A stretch of 64,000 bases of DNA from a virus. Shown here piece by piece: positions 1 through 10,506 of this stretch. The notes beneath the pieces were generated by a model. That model saw only the letters and a list, made by a program, of their open reading frames with translations, searched no databases and was not told the origin of the DNA. How positions within the stretch are numbered: the stretch's first letter is position 1; each line of letters opens with the position of its first letter. Location: IMG/VR virus record IMGVR_UViG_3300037418_001469. One strand, given 5' to 3'. The translations under genes and the position numbers were made by a program.

Positions 1-47
1 ATGCTAGTAAACTCTAAAGAGTATAAAGACGACTTGAGGAATATATA

Positions 48-578
48 ATGATACGCATTATCATAGCAGGTGGTAGACACTTTGATGACTATGAATTTTT
101 GCGAGACAAGGTAAGCGACTTTATCCTTATGGAATTACCGAAAGAGTATTGGAAACCTGAGAATATAGAGATAGTATCAGGTGGTGCTAAGGGTGCTGAC
201 TCCCTTGGTGAAAGATATGCCAAAGATACAGGTTGTAATATTAAGAGATTTATTCCTGATTGGAGTATCGGAAAGAAAGCAGGAATACTACGCAATCATG
301 AAATGGGTGATTATGCTGATATACTTTTAGCCTTTCATGATGGAGAGTCAACAGGAACTAAAGATATGATTGATTATGCAATAAAGAAAGGTTTACTTGT
401 AGAGGTGTTTACATATGAACCTGTCATATGGACTTATTTTAGCGAGGAACAAGGAAACGGTTTCGATGTATCGTTTACTGCTTTTTATAAACAACAAGTT
501 AAAAAACATTCACGAGAGCCTGTAGGTAAGAAGATAAAGATAACTTATCAGGAGTACGAAAGAGGTGGAAAAAATTGA
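48..578 (+). CDS. SLOG/YspA-like (DUF2493) nucleotide-binding protein
   Basis: IIIAGGRHFDDY, IVSGGAKGADSLGERYA, AGILRNHEM, FHDGESTGTKDMI motifs. Confidence 0.8.
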   Translation: MIRIIIAGGRHFDDYEFLRDKVSDFILMELPKEYWKPENIEIVSGGAKGADSLGERYAKDTGCNIKRFIPDWSIGKKAGILRNHEMGDYADILLAFHDGESTGTKDMIDYAIKKGLLVEVFTYEPVIWTYFSEEQGNGFDVSFTAFYKQQVKKHSREPVGKKIKITYQEYERGGKN

Positions 579-976
579 ATAAGCCTACATTCATTGTGGA
601 AGGTTGGAAAGATGCTTATCAGATTCAAGGAGCATTAGAAGGTCATGATTACGGTATTATTGTGACTGACGGTACTAAATTTAACAATGCATTAGCAATT
701 AAGATTAATAAAACTATTGAAGAAGGATATACACCATATATCTTGTCTGACCCTGACGAGGCAGGAGACCATCTAGCTGTCATGATTAATCATCATTTTC
801 CCGACATTGAAAGGATTAATGCTGATTATGAGCATTGTAAATACTGTAAGGACTTAAGAAAGAAAAAGTTCAAAGCAGGCATAGAATATAGTTCATATAA
901 GTATTTGAAAAATCTTTTATATCCATATTTAGGATTAATATATGTTGACCCTAATAGACAGTGGCTTTATCTATAA
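575..976 (+). CDS. TOPRIM-domain protein (RNase M5-like)
   Basis: FIVEGWKD and ILSDPDEAGD TOPRIM motifs; GIE motif near the C-terminus. Confidence 0.75.
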   Translation: MNKPTFIVEGWKDAYQIQGALEGHDYGIIVTDGTKFNNALAIKINKTIEEGYTPYILSDPDEAGDHLAVMINHHFPDIERINADYEHCKYCKDLRKKKFKAGIEYSSYKYLKNLLYPYLGLIYVDPNRQWLYL

Positions 977-995
977 TATAAGGAGTGTTGTTATT

Positions 996-1289
996 ATGAC
1001 AATCAGAGAAAATGTAGAAAAAATTTTAGAATCGTTCCCCGCATCAAGAAATGACGATAAGAAGTTAATCTTAGAATATTGGAGAAAGTTTGACAATGTT
1101 TCGTTTGACAATATTGATAAGTTTGTAGGCAGTTTTATTTCAAAATCAACACCTACAGAATCTATCACTAGAGCAAGACGACTAATCCAAGAAGAAGGAA
1201 AATTCCTACCAACCGATGAATCTGTTATCGCTAGAAGATGGAAGAAATCAAAGATGGAAGATGCTATTAGGAATCGTGAAGTAGTGTGA
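996..1289 (+). CDS. Conserved phage hypothetical protein
   Basis: AAGGAG RBS before ATG 996; PESITRARRLIQ motif. Confidence 0.6.
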   Translation: MTIRENVEKILESFPASRNDDKKLILEYWRKFDNVSFDNIDKFVGSFISKSTPTESITRARRLIQEEGKFLPTDESVIARRWKKSKMEDAIRNREVV

Positions 1290-1493
1290 AGAATAGTGTG
1301 ACATTGGTAATATTTATATTGTTCTATGTACTTGTCCCGATTGGAATAAGTTACATTTCACATATAGGATTTTGGTATTCGCTAGGATATACATTAATTA
1401 CCTACTTTTTAATAGGAACTTTACATGATTTTGTCCTTGACTATTGGCGAACCCGTAGGTTATAATTTAATTATAATATAAGGAGTGGTACTC

Positions 1494-1913
1494 ATGAAAA
1501 AACTTAGAAAGAACTTTAAGAAAGCAGTTCTAATGTTTGTCATAGTATTTCTTCTTCTCCTAGAATTTCGTAATTTTAAACTAATAGATGCACTAGTGCA
1601 ACGAACTAACCAACAAACCAATTATACTCAGCAGTTGGAGCAAGAAGTTAGGCAACTAGAAACTGCAAACGCAAGACTAGAAAGCAACATCGCTTACCAA
1701 TATGACAAGATTCAAGAATTGAGTACTGTTAAACCTGAAATTAAGGTTAACTACATAACTAAGCAAGTTGAACATAAGCAAGAAGAACATAAGCAAGAGA
1801 AAGTACATATTGCTGATATGCTATTACCGAAGCAAGAAGATGTAACAACAGTAATAATTGGAACACTTGCTACTCTAGGTGGAATGGTAAAAACATTAGT
1901 TCCACAATTTTAA
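1494..1913 (+). CDS. Membrane-anchored coiled-coil protein
   Basis: Basic N-terminus, TM helix, Q/E-rich heptads; AAGGAG RBS. Confidence 0.6.
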   Translation: MKKLRKNFKKAVLMFVIVFLLLLEFRNFKLIDALVQRTNQQTNYTQQLEQEVRQLETANARLESNIAYQYDKIQELSTVKPEIKVNYITKQVEHKQEEHKQEKVHIADMLLPKQEDVTTVIIGTLATLGGMVKTLVPQF

Positions 1914-1932
1914 AAGATTCTGATATTTGCCC

Positions 1933-1970
1933 TTGACTTTCCTCGGAAATCAAGTTATAATATAAATATA
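1933..1970 (+). promoter_or_regulatory. sigmaA-type promoter, CCTTGAC..TATAATATA class
   Basis: TTGACT-17-TATAAT followed by ATAAATATA; similar layouts at 5691, 7618, 28822, 48214, 49521, 54216, 58849, 60937. Confidence 0.75.
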
Positions 1971-1998
1971 ATACAAAAATACTTTATGAGGTGATATT

Positions 1999-2604
1999 AT
2001 GGAACACAACAAGTTAATGATTCAACTAGGAAACATGAACACAACAACGAAAGTAGACGAACTACTATACGCAGAGCAACTCGATAATCGTGAGTTATTC
2101 CTCGGTGAAGTAGTAGACGATGATATTATCCATGATGTTATTCATCATATTATTCGTTGGAATCGTGAAGACGCAGGCAAGCCAGTTGAAGAACGCAAGC
2201 CAGTTAAGTTATTTATTAACTCATATGGTGGAGATTTGGTAGCATGTAACTCAGCTATTGATACAATTAAGTTAAGCAAGACACCAGTTTATACATATAA
2301 CTTAGGTAAGGCATTCTCCGCAGGAGGATTACTACTAATGGCAGGTCATAAACGCTTTACATATGCTAATTCTGTAGTATTGATTCACCAAGGCTCGTCA
2401 GGTGCATCAGGAACAACCTCTCAGGTTATCGACCAAGTTGAGTTCCAAAAGCGTCAAGAAGAGCGAGTTAAGTCCTATATCTTAGGTGCTACAAAGATTA
2501 CACCTGAACAATATAAAGACAAGTTTAAGGAAGAATGGTTTTTCTTCGGTGACGAAAGCATTGAACTAGGTGTGGCTGACGAACTAATCACAGAATTACT
2601 ATAG
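1999..2604 (+). CDS. clpP: ClpP-family peptidase
   Basis: LFINSYGG, GKAFSAGG (catalytic Ser), LIHQ (His); the third triad residue appears as Glu (KEEWF). Confidence 0.8.
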   Translation: MEHNKLMIQLGNMNTTTKVDELLYAEQLDNRELFLGEVVDDDIIHDVIHHIIRWNREDAGKPVEERKPVKLFINSYGGDLVACNSAIDTIKLSKTPVYTYNLGKAFSAGGLLLMAGHKRFTYANSVVLIHQGSSGASGTTSQVIDQVEFQKRQEERVKSYILGATKITPEQYKDKFKEEWFFFGDESIELGVADELITELL

Positions 2605-2606
2605 AC

Positions 2607-2628
2607 AGAAGGGGACTATCCCCCTTTT
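2607..2628 (+). terminator. Intrinsic terminator
   Basis: AGAAGGGGA-cta-TCCCCCTTTT directly after the clpP stop. Confidence 0.6.
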
Positions 2629-2802
2629 GTAACGTGCAATAAAAAAACAAATCTATGGAGGTAGATATTATGATTAACTTTGAAGAACTATTATTGAAAA
2701 TTGTTGCAGAATTACCATTAAGTGAGTTTGAGAAAGCGTGTGAGAAGGCAGGTATCAATCAATATCTTAAAGAAGATATTTTAAACTTAATGGAAAGACG
2801 AG

Positions 2803-3099
2803 GTGTTTAATATGAACTTCACATATCTTGATAATGCATTCCAAGAAGACTCTAGAGCAGTAATGCTATATGCAATTAAGGATTACCAAAGCTCAATGTT
2901 TATAGAAGTAGGAACTACTGTTACTGTCTTAGATATTATGGTAGACCCTAATTTCCGCAGTGGATATTCAGCAGTAATCAAACTAAAAAATAGTGCCACA
3001 ACAGCAATTGTTGACAAAGATGTGCTTATGCCATATAAGGACTATGTTAAGCTTTATAACAAAGCATTAGAAACGGCTTTGTTGGAAGGAAGATTGTAA
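2803..3099 (+). CDS. Hypothetical protein
   Basis: ORF with stop/start coupling to the next gene. Confidence 0.55.
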   Translation: MFNMNFTYLDNAFQEDSRAVMLYAIKDYQSSMFIEVGTTVTVLDIMVDPNFRSGYSAVIKLKNSATTAIVDKDVLMPYKDYVKLYNKALETALLEGRL

Positions 3100-3413
3100 T
3101 GATTACTAGTGAGACTAGACGTATAGCTTATAAGAATATCTTAAAGAGTCTAGGTAATCGTCAATCGCAGGTATTCACTGAATTACTTTGCTTTCCGCAA
3201 GGTATTACAGCAAGCGAATTATCACATAAAATGCATAGTATTGGATTCTTTCGTTCACCTGAAAGAAATAATGTGCATCCTAGATTAAATGAAATGGTTG
3301 AACTAGGAATCGTAGAAGTCATCGGCAAAAGACAGTGTGCAGTTACGAATAAAACAGTAGCAGTATATAGAGCGACTAACGAAGTACTGGAAACCATTAT
3401 GGAGGTTATGTAA
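3099..3413 (+). CDS. Winged-helix DNA-binding protein
   Basis: GITASELS...NNVHPRLNEMVELGIVE..GKR.C..T wHTH pattern. Confidence 0.65.
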   Translation: MITSETRRIAYKNILKSLGNRQSQVFTELLCFPQGITASELSHKMHSIGFFRSPERNNVHPRLNEMVELGIVEVIGKRQCAVTNKTVAVYRATNEVLETIMEVM

Positions 3414-4334
3414 GTGGAACAATATTTACAACTTTGCAAACACATTCTTGATAATGGTGTTGTAAAAAGAGACAGGACAGGAACAGGAACTATTAGTACT
3501 TTTGGATACCAAATGAGGTTTGATTTGTCGGAAGGTTTTCCTTTAATGACAACAAAGAATATGAATGGTGTTAGATTAGATGGTATTATTCATGAGTTGC
3601 TTTGGTTCTTAGATGGAGATACAAATATTAGACCATTAGTTGATGAAGGAGTCAACATATGGAACTATGATGCTTACAGAGAATATTTGAAATTTGCAGG
3701 AAGTAACCCATTAACACTGGAAGAGTTCAAAGGAAAAATACTCCTAGATAGAGATTTTGCACAAGTATATGGAGACCTTGGACCTGTGTATGGTAGACAA
3801 TGGAGAAGTTGGCTAGTACATGATGAAATTGATACATCGTACAGCTACAGAGAAAAAGAAACTATTGACCAAATATCAGAGGTTGTCAAGCAAATTAAGA
3901 TAAATCCTGATAGTAGGCGACTAATCGTTAGTGCGTGGAATGTAGCAGACATACCTGATATGGCTTTACCACCATGCCATGTATTATTCCAGTTTTATGT
4001 TGCTAATGGAAAGCTATCTTGCCAATTATATCAACGCTCAGGAGATGTGTTCCTAGGTGTTCCATATAATATTGCAAGTTACGCATTATTAACACATATG
4101 ATTGCACAACAAACTGGTTTGGAGGTAGGAGAATTTATACATACTTTAGGTGACGCTCATGTGTATTCAAATCATATAGAACAGGTTAAGATACAGCTAT
4201 CAAGAGAGCCAAGAACACTACCTAAACTCATTATCAAACGAAAGCCTAATAGTATTTTTGAATATAAGCGTGAAGATTTTGAATTTGAAGACTACGACCC
4301 ACATCCTAGCATAAAAGGAAAAGTATCGTTCTGA
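3414..4334 (+). CDS. thyA: Thymidylate synthase
   Basis: [39 protein letters not shown]. Confidence 0.97.
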   Translation: MEQYLQLCKHILDNGVVKRDRTGTGTISTFGYQMRFDLSEGFPLMTTKNMNGVRLDGIIHELLWFLDGDTNIRPLVDEGVNIWNYDAYREYLKFAGSNPLTLEEFKGKILLDRDFAQVYGDLGPVYGRQWRSWLVHDEIDTSYSYREKETIDQISEVVKQIKINPDSRRLIVSAWNVADIPDMALPPCHVLFQFYVANGKLSCQLYQRSGDVFLGVPYNIASYALLTHMIAQQTGLEVGEFIHTLGDAHVYSNHIEQVKIQLSREPRTLPKLIIKRKPNSIFEYKREDFEFEDYDPHPSIKGKVSF

Positions 4335-4822
4335 TGAAGATAATTTACACAAACAAAGGCAATAAGATTTTCGTTGATGATGATGTATATGAAGAACTTA
4401 ATCAGCATGTGTGGTGTTTAAATAATTATGGCTATGCGTATAGAAAGACTAAAGTAGACGAACCCTATTCGCAAAGTCACATATTAATGCACAGATATAT
4501 AGTAGGTGTTATTAATGACAGGTCGGTTGTGGTTGACCATGCCGACCACAATATATTGAACAATACGAGAGACAATCTTCGTATATGTAATCAATCAAAA
4601 AATGGCATGAATCAAAAGTTATCCACAAGGAATACAACTGGATTCAAAGGAGTTCATTATAGAAAAGATAGAGGAAAATACCAAGCCTATATCCAACACA
4701 AAGGAAAGAAGACTAATTTAGGAACATATGATACAGCAGAAGAGGCAGGTTTAGCTTACAATAGTAAAGCATTAGAACTATTCGGTGAGTTTGCCCTGCT
4801 GAATAATATAGAGGTGATATAA
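4334..4822 (+). mobile_element. Free-standing HNH-AP2 homing endonuclease between thyA and dfrA
   Basis: MHRYI..VDHADHNILNNTRDNLR HNH motif plus NTTGFKGV..LGTYDTAEEAGLAYN AP2 domain; overlapping stop/start on both sides. Confidence 0.88.
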
Positions 4823-5304
4823 TGGCACTTAACATAATTGTATGTATGGATAAGAATAGAGGCATAGGAAAGAACAATTCTATGCCTTGGCATTTGCCCA
4901 AAGAATTAGCTTATTTCAAAGAAATTACAAAAGGTCATGTAGTCGTATTCGGCAGGAATACTTGGGAATCACTACCTAAGAAACCTCTACCTGACAGAAA
5001 AAATGCAGTATTTACTAGAGATTTAAAGTTTCATGTGCCTCAAGTGTGGGCATTTCATGAACTAGAAGATATCTTTTGGATTGAGAGAATGTACGGATAT
5101 AAAGAAGTCTTTATATGTGGTGGTGCAAATGTATACAAACAATTGCTACCACATGCAGATAGAATATTTCTTACAGTAATTGATGCAGAATTTGAATGTG
5201 ACACATTTTTCCCTGAGTTCAACCACGACGAATGGAATGTAGTTAGTTCAGAGGAAGATACTGATAATGGATATAGCTTTAAAAAATTAATCCTAGAAAA
5301 ATAA
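4822..5304 (+). CDS. dfrA: Dihydrofolate reductase
   Basis: IGKNNSMPW, GRNTWES, PLPDRKN, FICGGANVY, DTFFP. Confidence 0.96.
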   Translation: MALNIIVCMDKNRGIGKNNSMPWHLPKELAYFKEITKGHVVVFGRNTWESLPKKPLPDRKNAVFTRDLKFHVPQVWAFHELEDIFWIERMYGYKEVFICGGANVYKQLLPHADRIFLTVIDAEFECDTFFPEFNHDEWNVVSSEEDTDNGYSFKKLILEK

Positions 5305-5325
5305 AAAAAGAGTAGCCTTAATCGG

Positions 5326-5580
5326 CTACTTCTTCTTTGGTCTTAGGACTCCTTCTGTCCATTCATAACCTTCTGTCCACTTACCATCATTTTCTTCAAT
5401 TACTCTGTTTAATGTTTTAAATACATGTTGCTCTATTCTTTCTAATTCACCTTTAGATTGTTTGATAGTTAATCTTACTAGTTCACCGCTAAATTGCCAT
5501 CTATTCTCTTTCCACATTTTCCTATATTTGATGTATATTGGGTCAATGTATACTACATTATTGTCTTTGTTGTCTGCCAT
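5326..5580 (-). CDS. Small hypothetical protein with its own LexA-box promoter
   Basis: AAGGAGTG RBS before ATG 5580; convergent hairpin at ~5311-5330. Confidence 0.7.
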   Translation of the reverse strand: MADNKDNNVVYIDPIYIKYRKMWKENRWQFSGELVRLTIKQSKGELERIEQHVFKTLNRVIEENDGKWTEGYEWTEGVLRPKKK

Positions 5581-5600
5581 ATATATCACTCCTTACAACA

Positions 5601-5629
5601 ATTATAACATAGGAACGTATGTTTGTCAA
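5601..5629 (-). promoter_or_regulatory. sigmaA promoter with a LexA/SOS (Cheo) box in the spacer
   Basis: Minus strand TTGACA-17-TATAAT; GGAACGTATGTTTG at 5612-5625 fits GAAC-N4-GTTY. Confidence 0.75.
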
Positions 5630-5748
5630 GGTTGTCTAATGAGCAGAAGGACTCCACTATTATTATATCACGTTTTTTGATTTTTATTCCTTGACTTTTC
5701 GGGAATATTTTTTTATAATATAAGTATAAGATAAATGGAGGTGCGAGT

Positions 5749-6153
5749 ATGGTAAAAGAATTACTTGAAGTCGATTTTGAAGAAACTCGTTGGGGTGGAT
5801 ATGATACAATTGAACATTACAACAGAGGAGAATTAGAAACAAAGCTAAAACGATTATTCATAAATCCAAATCAAAACATCAGCTATCAGAGACATGAAAA
5901 ACGAGCAGAGGCATGGACTGTTCTAGATGGCTCAGGAGTTATCATTGTTGATGGAGAGGCTTTTTCTCTGACAATCGGTTGCTCAATAAGCATCCCTGTA
6001 GGCTCATGGCATGCTGTTCAGGCAGGCGAAAATGGTCTAGAGATAGTAGAGGTACAAGTAGGAACAAAGTGCTCAGAAGACGACATAGAGCGTCTGTATT
6101 ATGATTGGAACGACATTCTTGTTCATGTAGAGTTGGTGAATGACAATGACTAA
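5749..6153 (+). CDS. Cupin, mannose-6-phosphate isomerase type II C-terminal-like
   Basis: ISYQRHEKRAEAWTVLDG, IPVGSWH, EVQVG..EDDIER. Confidence 0.85.
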   Translation: MVKELLEVDFEETRWGGYDTIEHYNRGELETKLKRLFINPNQNISYQRHEKRAEAWTVLDGSGVIIVDGEAFSLTIGCSISIPVGSWHAVQAGENGLEIVEVQVGTKCSEDDIERLYYDWNDILVHVELVNDND

Positions 6154-6427
6154 ATATCGTAAAAAACCAGTTATTATTGAGGCTTTTAAATTTTATGTAG
6201 ACCCTATGCCTGATTGGTTTATGGATAAGGTGACATCTAATGACGTTATACTTTTTAACTGTAACTACAGTAGGTATGACCTTGACGAAGCTTATTGTGA
6301 AATTCACACTCTTGAAGGTGTTATGGTTGGTGAAGGTGGCGACTACATAATTAAAGGGATAGAAGGCGAAATATATCCTTGTAAATCCAATATCTTCAAG
6401 GCTACATACGAGAAGGTGGATGACTAA
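6146..6427 (+). CDS. KKPV/PGDY-type small phage protein (possible nucleotide sponge)
   Basis: KYRKKPVIIEA...TLEG...GDYIIKG..GEIYPCK..IFKATYE. Confidence 0.6.
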   Translation: MTKYRKKPVIIEAFKFYVDPMPDWFMDKVTSNDVILFNCNYSRYDLDEAYCEIHTLEGVMVGEGGDYIIKGIEGEIYPCKSNIFKATYEKVDD

Positions 6428-7017
6428 TGGCTAGTCTTCACTTTCTCCACGCACCCATGAACGCAAGTAAGTCAGCACAGGCACTCATGGTAGCACATAA
6501 CTATGAGGAAAGAAATCTACAAGTTCTAACCATAAAGCCTACCCTAGATACTAGAGATGGTTCATACATAAAGTCACGAGCATTAAATATAGAAAGAAAA
6601 GTAGATGTTGCAGTTACCAAGGAAGATTCAATTATGACTGAATACATTAAGAGGAGATATGGCTCTATTGTTAGCCATCCCGCAGTAATTATCGTTGACG
6701 AGGCACAGTTCCTAACAGCTAGACAAGTTGACGAGTTAAGACAGATTGTAAATCACTTTGAAGTACCAGTAATGGCTTATGGATTAAGGACAGATGCTTT
6801 CACTAACCTATTTGAAGGTAGTAGAAGATTATTTGAAGTATCTGACCACTTCCAAGAGTTTAAAACTATCTGCCCATGTTGCGGTGGAAAAGCAATATTC
6901 AACATGCGTATAGGCGATGATGGAAAGCCTGTATTCGAAGGAAATCAAGAGCAACCAGGTCATAACTATCTACCTGTATGTAGTAAATATTATTATGAGT
7001 TGAAGGAGATTAAGTAA
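6427..7017 (+). CDS. tdk: Thymidine kinase
   Basis: PMNASKS P-loop variant, IIVDEAQFL, YGLRTD, LFEGS, C-terminal Zn site. Confidence 0.92.
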   Translation: MASLHFLHAPMNASKSAQALMVAHNYEERNLQVLTIKPTLDTRDGSYIKSRALNIERKVDVAVTKEDSIMTEYIKRRYGSIVSHPAVIIVDEAQFLTARQVDELRQIVNHFEVPVMAYGLRTDAFTNLFEGSRRLFEVSDHFQEFKTICPCCGGKAIFNMRIGDDGKPVFEGNQEQPGHNYLPVCSKYYYELKEIK

Positions 7018-7021
7018 TTAA

Positions 7022-7603
7022 ATGACACCAAGAGAAGTGAAGGCACATATACAGCAAGAGTCGATGGAATATCAAGAGATTATTCCTGCCCACATAGATA
7101 GAGATGAATCATCACAGTACGAGTTCAACAAAGCTAAAAAGTTCCTTACTAAAGCATTTGGTGGTAAGCGTTGTATCGTATGCGAAATGCGTGGAGAAAA
7201 GCCAATAGGCGCCATTGAATCCCACCATGTATTTGAATGGAGTCATTGGAATGATAATGACATGGAAATGGTAGAGACCACATTACGAGCATTATCACCT
7301 TTTATTCATGGAATATATATGATTAGCAAGGAGGATATTTTAGCAGGTAAAAAGATTCCTAGCTTATGGGAGCACCCTGAGTTAAGGAATAAGCCTTTTA
7401 CTTCACTAGACGACCCTAGAAATCAGTGGTTCTTATGTCACGCACATCACCAACAGTCTACTAACGAGCAGACAGAGAACGGTTATGATATTTTAGGTCT
7501 ACATAATGTACCTTTCCCTGAGTGGTTACAATACATGGGCTTACCGTCAGGCATAGTACCAGTAAGGCATGCAGTTAAAAAAATGGATAATAAAGTGAAA
7601 TAA
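7022..7603 (+). CDS. HNH-like Zn-binding protein
   Basis: CIVC..IESHH...NQWFLCHAHH...GLH. Confidence 0.5.
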   Translation: MTPREVKAHIQQESMEYQEIIPAHIDRDESSQYEFNKAKKFLTKAFGGKRCIVCEMRGEKPIGAIESHHVFEWSHWNDNDMEMVETTLRALSPFIHGIYMISKEDILAGKKIPSLWEHPELRNKPFTSLDDPRNQWFLCHAHHQQSTNEQTENGYDILGLHNVPFPEWLQYMGLPSGIVPVRHAVKKMDNKVK

Positions 7604-7683
7604 GTCAGGGTTCGTCCTTGACTTTTCCTTTTACACGTTTTATAATATAGATATAAGATAAACAATTGAATGGAGGAAATAGT

Positions 7684-8724
7684 ATGATAATAGGTCAGAG
7701 TTATAGTATCTTAGATAAATTAGAATTGTCACATGGATTGCGTATTGCTAGTCTAGGAAGTGAATATCACCATGTATGGATTAGAGACAATATTTATATG
7801 GCATTACCATATCTAGATAAGTTATGTGATACATACGAAAGAGCCTACCATACTATGCTTGACATTTTCTTGAAATATGAATGGAAGATAGATATACACA
7901 CCAAACAGAAACCTAACCTCATGTATGAATACATACACCCACGATATTCCAAGTATGACCTCACTGAAATTAATCAGGAGTGGGGCAACTGTCAGCATGA
8001 CGCTATTGGTGCTTTCCTTTGGGGCGTTGGCGAAGGAGAGAAGGCAGGAAAGAAGATTCTACGAAATGAGAGAGACAAACAACTAATTCAAAAACTAGTA
8101 TGGTATCTAGCCTGTTGTGAATATTACATAGACCCAGATAATGGAGTATGGGAAGAATGGCGAGAAGTCCACAGTTCTTCCATAGGAGCATGTGTAGCAG
8201 GATTGACAGCAGTGAGAGACATTGTTTTTGTACCTAGCGAGTTAATTAAGAAAGGTTGGTATGCATTAGGAGGATTATTTCCACATGAAAGTGCATCTAG
8301 ACCTATTGATTTAGCACAATTAACACTAGTATATCCATTCAAGATATATAGTGGATTGGACGCAGAGGTTATAGTAGGCGAAGTAGAGAATAAGCTACTC
8401 AAACAGCGTGGAGTAATACGCTACCAAGGAGATAGTTACTATAGTACAATAGAGAATGAAGGTAGGAATCATCCATTAGTGCACTACTACGGAACAGAGA
8501 TGGAATGGTGCTTTGGAGTTAGTTGGCTAGGACTTTCTCATTTAGAGCTAGGCAATATAGAAAAAGCTAAAATGTATTTAGAATGGTCTAGAAAACTAGC
8601 ATTAGAAGATGGCAGTATTCCCGAAGGATATTTATCTAACACCGATATTCCAAACCCTAACACACCCCTTGGTTGGTCGAATGCAATGCATATTTTATTA
8701 GAAGAGAAATTAGGAGGAATGTAG
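7684..8724 (+). CDS. Glycoside hydrolase family 15-like / phosphorylase-kinase-like protein
   Basis: VWIRD, QHDAIG, DNGVWEE, GVIRYQGDSY, IPE..PNPNTPLGWS. Confidence 0.78.
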   Translation: MIIGQSYSILDKLELSHGLRIASLGSEYHHVWIRDNIYMALPYLDKLCDTYERAYHTMLDIFLKYEWKIDIHTKQKPNLMYEYIHPRYSKYDLTEINQEWGNCQHDAIGAFLWGVGEGEKAGKKILRNERDKQLIQKLVWYLACCEYYIDPDNGVWEEWREVHSSSIGACVAGLTAVRDIVFVPSELIKKGWYALGGLFPHESASRPIDLAQLTLVYPFKIYSGLDAEVIVGEVENKLLKQRGVIRYQGDSYYSTIENEGRNHPLVHYYGTEMEWCFGVSWLGLSHLELGNIEKAKMYLEWSRKLALEDGSIPEGYLSNTDIPNPNTPLGWSNAMHILLEEKLGGM

Positions 8725-8725
8725 A

Positions 8726-9721
8726 ATGAAAGTTAAATTGTTTACTCATACAGATTTAGATGGAGTCGGATGCGGAATCGTTGCCAATGTAGCGTTCGGA
8801 AAAGAAAATGTAAGTATTGAATATTGCGACTACAATCAGATTAATACAAAGATAATGCATTTTATCACAGGTAAAGGATATGAGAAATATGACCGTATCT
8901 TTATTACTGACATATCTGTTAATGAAGAAGTTGCTAAGACAATTGATAAGCTATTTAGACAAGGTGTTGGATTTCAACTTGTTGACCACCACGCAACTGC
9001 ATTGCCATTAGCAGAAAGATACCCTATGTGGTGCGAAGTCAGAGTAGAGGAAAGCAATCTAGGAATTTATCAAGATGACACCCGTGAAAAGGTACTATCA
9101 AGTGGAACTAGCTTGTTTTATAAATTCCTCCGAAACAAACATCTTCCTAAGATAGAAAAGAACGCTATATTGAAAACATTTGTGGAAGTTATCCGAGAAT
9201 ATGATTCTTGGGAATGGCATAATGTATTCAAAAGTGACCACCCTAAGCGTTTAAATGACTTACTTTACATTGTTGGCAGAGAAAAATTTATAGAAAGATT
9301 CTCAGATAATCCACTACCAACATTTACAGATACAGAATTAACATTATTAGAAATTGAAGAACACCGTATCAATAAATACATTTGGTATAAGAAACAAGAA
9401 GTAAAAACCGATGCAATTGTAATAAACAATAAGGTATATAAATTTGCTTATGTGTTTGCAGAGCAAAATTCATCATTACTAGGCAATGCTATTGCTCAGG
9501 AATACGGAGACAAGATTGATTTCGTAGCTATCTTTGATATTGGCAGTAACAAAGTAAGTCTTCGTGGTATTCATGACCATATTAATCTAGGAACTGAGAT
9601 TGCTAAGAATTATGGTGGAGGCGGTCACGCTAAAAGTTCAGGATTTGAGATTAATCCAGTGTACCGTCAGGCAATCATGCGAAACATACTAGGAATTTAT
9701 AGTACAAAGGAGATAGAGTAA
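8726..9721 (+). CDS. DHH/DHHA1 phosphoesterase (NrnB-like oligoribonuclease)
   Basis: HTDLDG, FITDI, VDHH, SLR, GGGGH. Confidence 0.88.
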   Translation: MKVKLFTHTDLDGVGCGIVANVAFGKENVSIEYCDYNQINTKIMHFITGKGYEKYDRIFITDISVNEEVAKTIDKLFRQGVGFQLVDHHATALPLAERYPMWCEVRVEESNLGIYQDDTREKVLSSGTSLFYKFLRNKHLPKIEKNAILKTFVEVIREYDSWEWHNVFKSDHPKRLNDLLYIVGREKFIERFSDNPLPTFTDTELTLLEIEEHRINKYIWYKKQEVKTDAIVINNKVYKFAYVFAEQNSSLLGNAIAQEYGDKIDFVAIFDIGSNKVSLRGIHDHINLGTEIAKNYGGGGHAKSSGFEINPVYRQAIMRNILGIYSTKEIE

Positions 9722-9722
9722 A

Positions 9723-10379
9723 ATGGATAAAACAGTAGCTTTTGTTGAGTTCCTAACAGATTGGCAGAATATTTCTTACGAGCAGGTAGAAACAGCTAGC
9801 GAAATTCAAGTATTTAATGTCATTGGAACTATCATTCAGCTAGTTAAGAATGGATATATGTCCTCTGAGGCAGTATATCGTTTTCTTACTTGTCTATCGC
9901 TCGATGACGAGGACAAAGAAAAAATGAAAAAAGTTCTTGATAATGCTCATGAATCAGCTAACATAATTAACTAAGGAGGAATTAAAATGACAAAGAAATT
10001 CAAATTTATTGTAAAAACAACGAAGGAATTTACATATGACGAAAAAGGATTTGTTACAAAGGAAGTAGTTACAGAAGAATCATATGAAGAAGAAGTCAAT
10101 AAAGGTGGTAGTGAAATCACAAGTGGAACTATCACTGCAACAGATATAAAACCCGATGTTTATATTAAGGCAACAGGTATTCCATCTACAGCACTTTATG
10201 AGACTAATTGTTATGACCCAAAATTCTTAATAACAAACAATGGTGGTTTAGAAATGACAGGTGATTTAAAACTTAACGCAAAATCTGTAAGTGAAGTTGC
10301 CAACGAAGTTAAAGCAATCTTAGAAAAAGATTTAAAAAATGAAGTAAAGTTAAAATCAAAAATCATCGGAAAACGCTAA
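9723..10379 (+). CDS. Two hypothetical proteins (9723-9974, 9987-10379)
   Basis: Co-oriented ORFs with RBS-like sequences. Confidence 0.55.
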
Positions 10380-10506
10380 GTATTGCCATTTGAAATCAAG
10401 GACAGCTTATGATATTATATAAGTACAGAGGAGGAACAAAAAATTACTACACGATTAAGTATCCCAATCCTCTTCTGTACCAAATCCATTAAAGGAGTTG
10501 TTGTAT

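Noticed and set aside
3414-4822. Intron in thyA
   Set aside because: thyA is continuous and the HNH gene lies after its stop codon
10455-10500. sigmaG promoter for the SASP gene
   Set aside because: No convincing match to the consensus by eye
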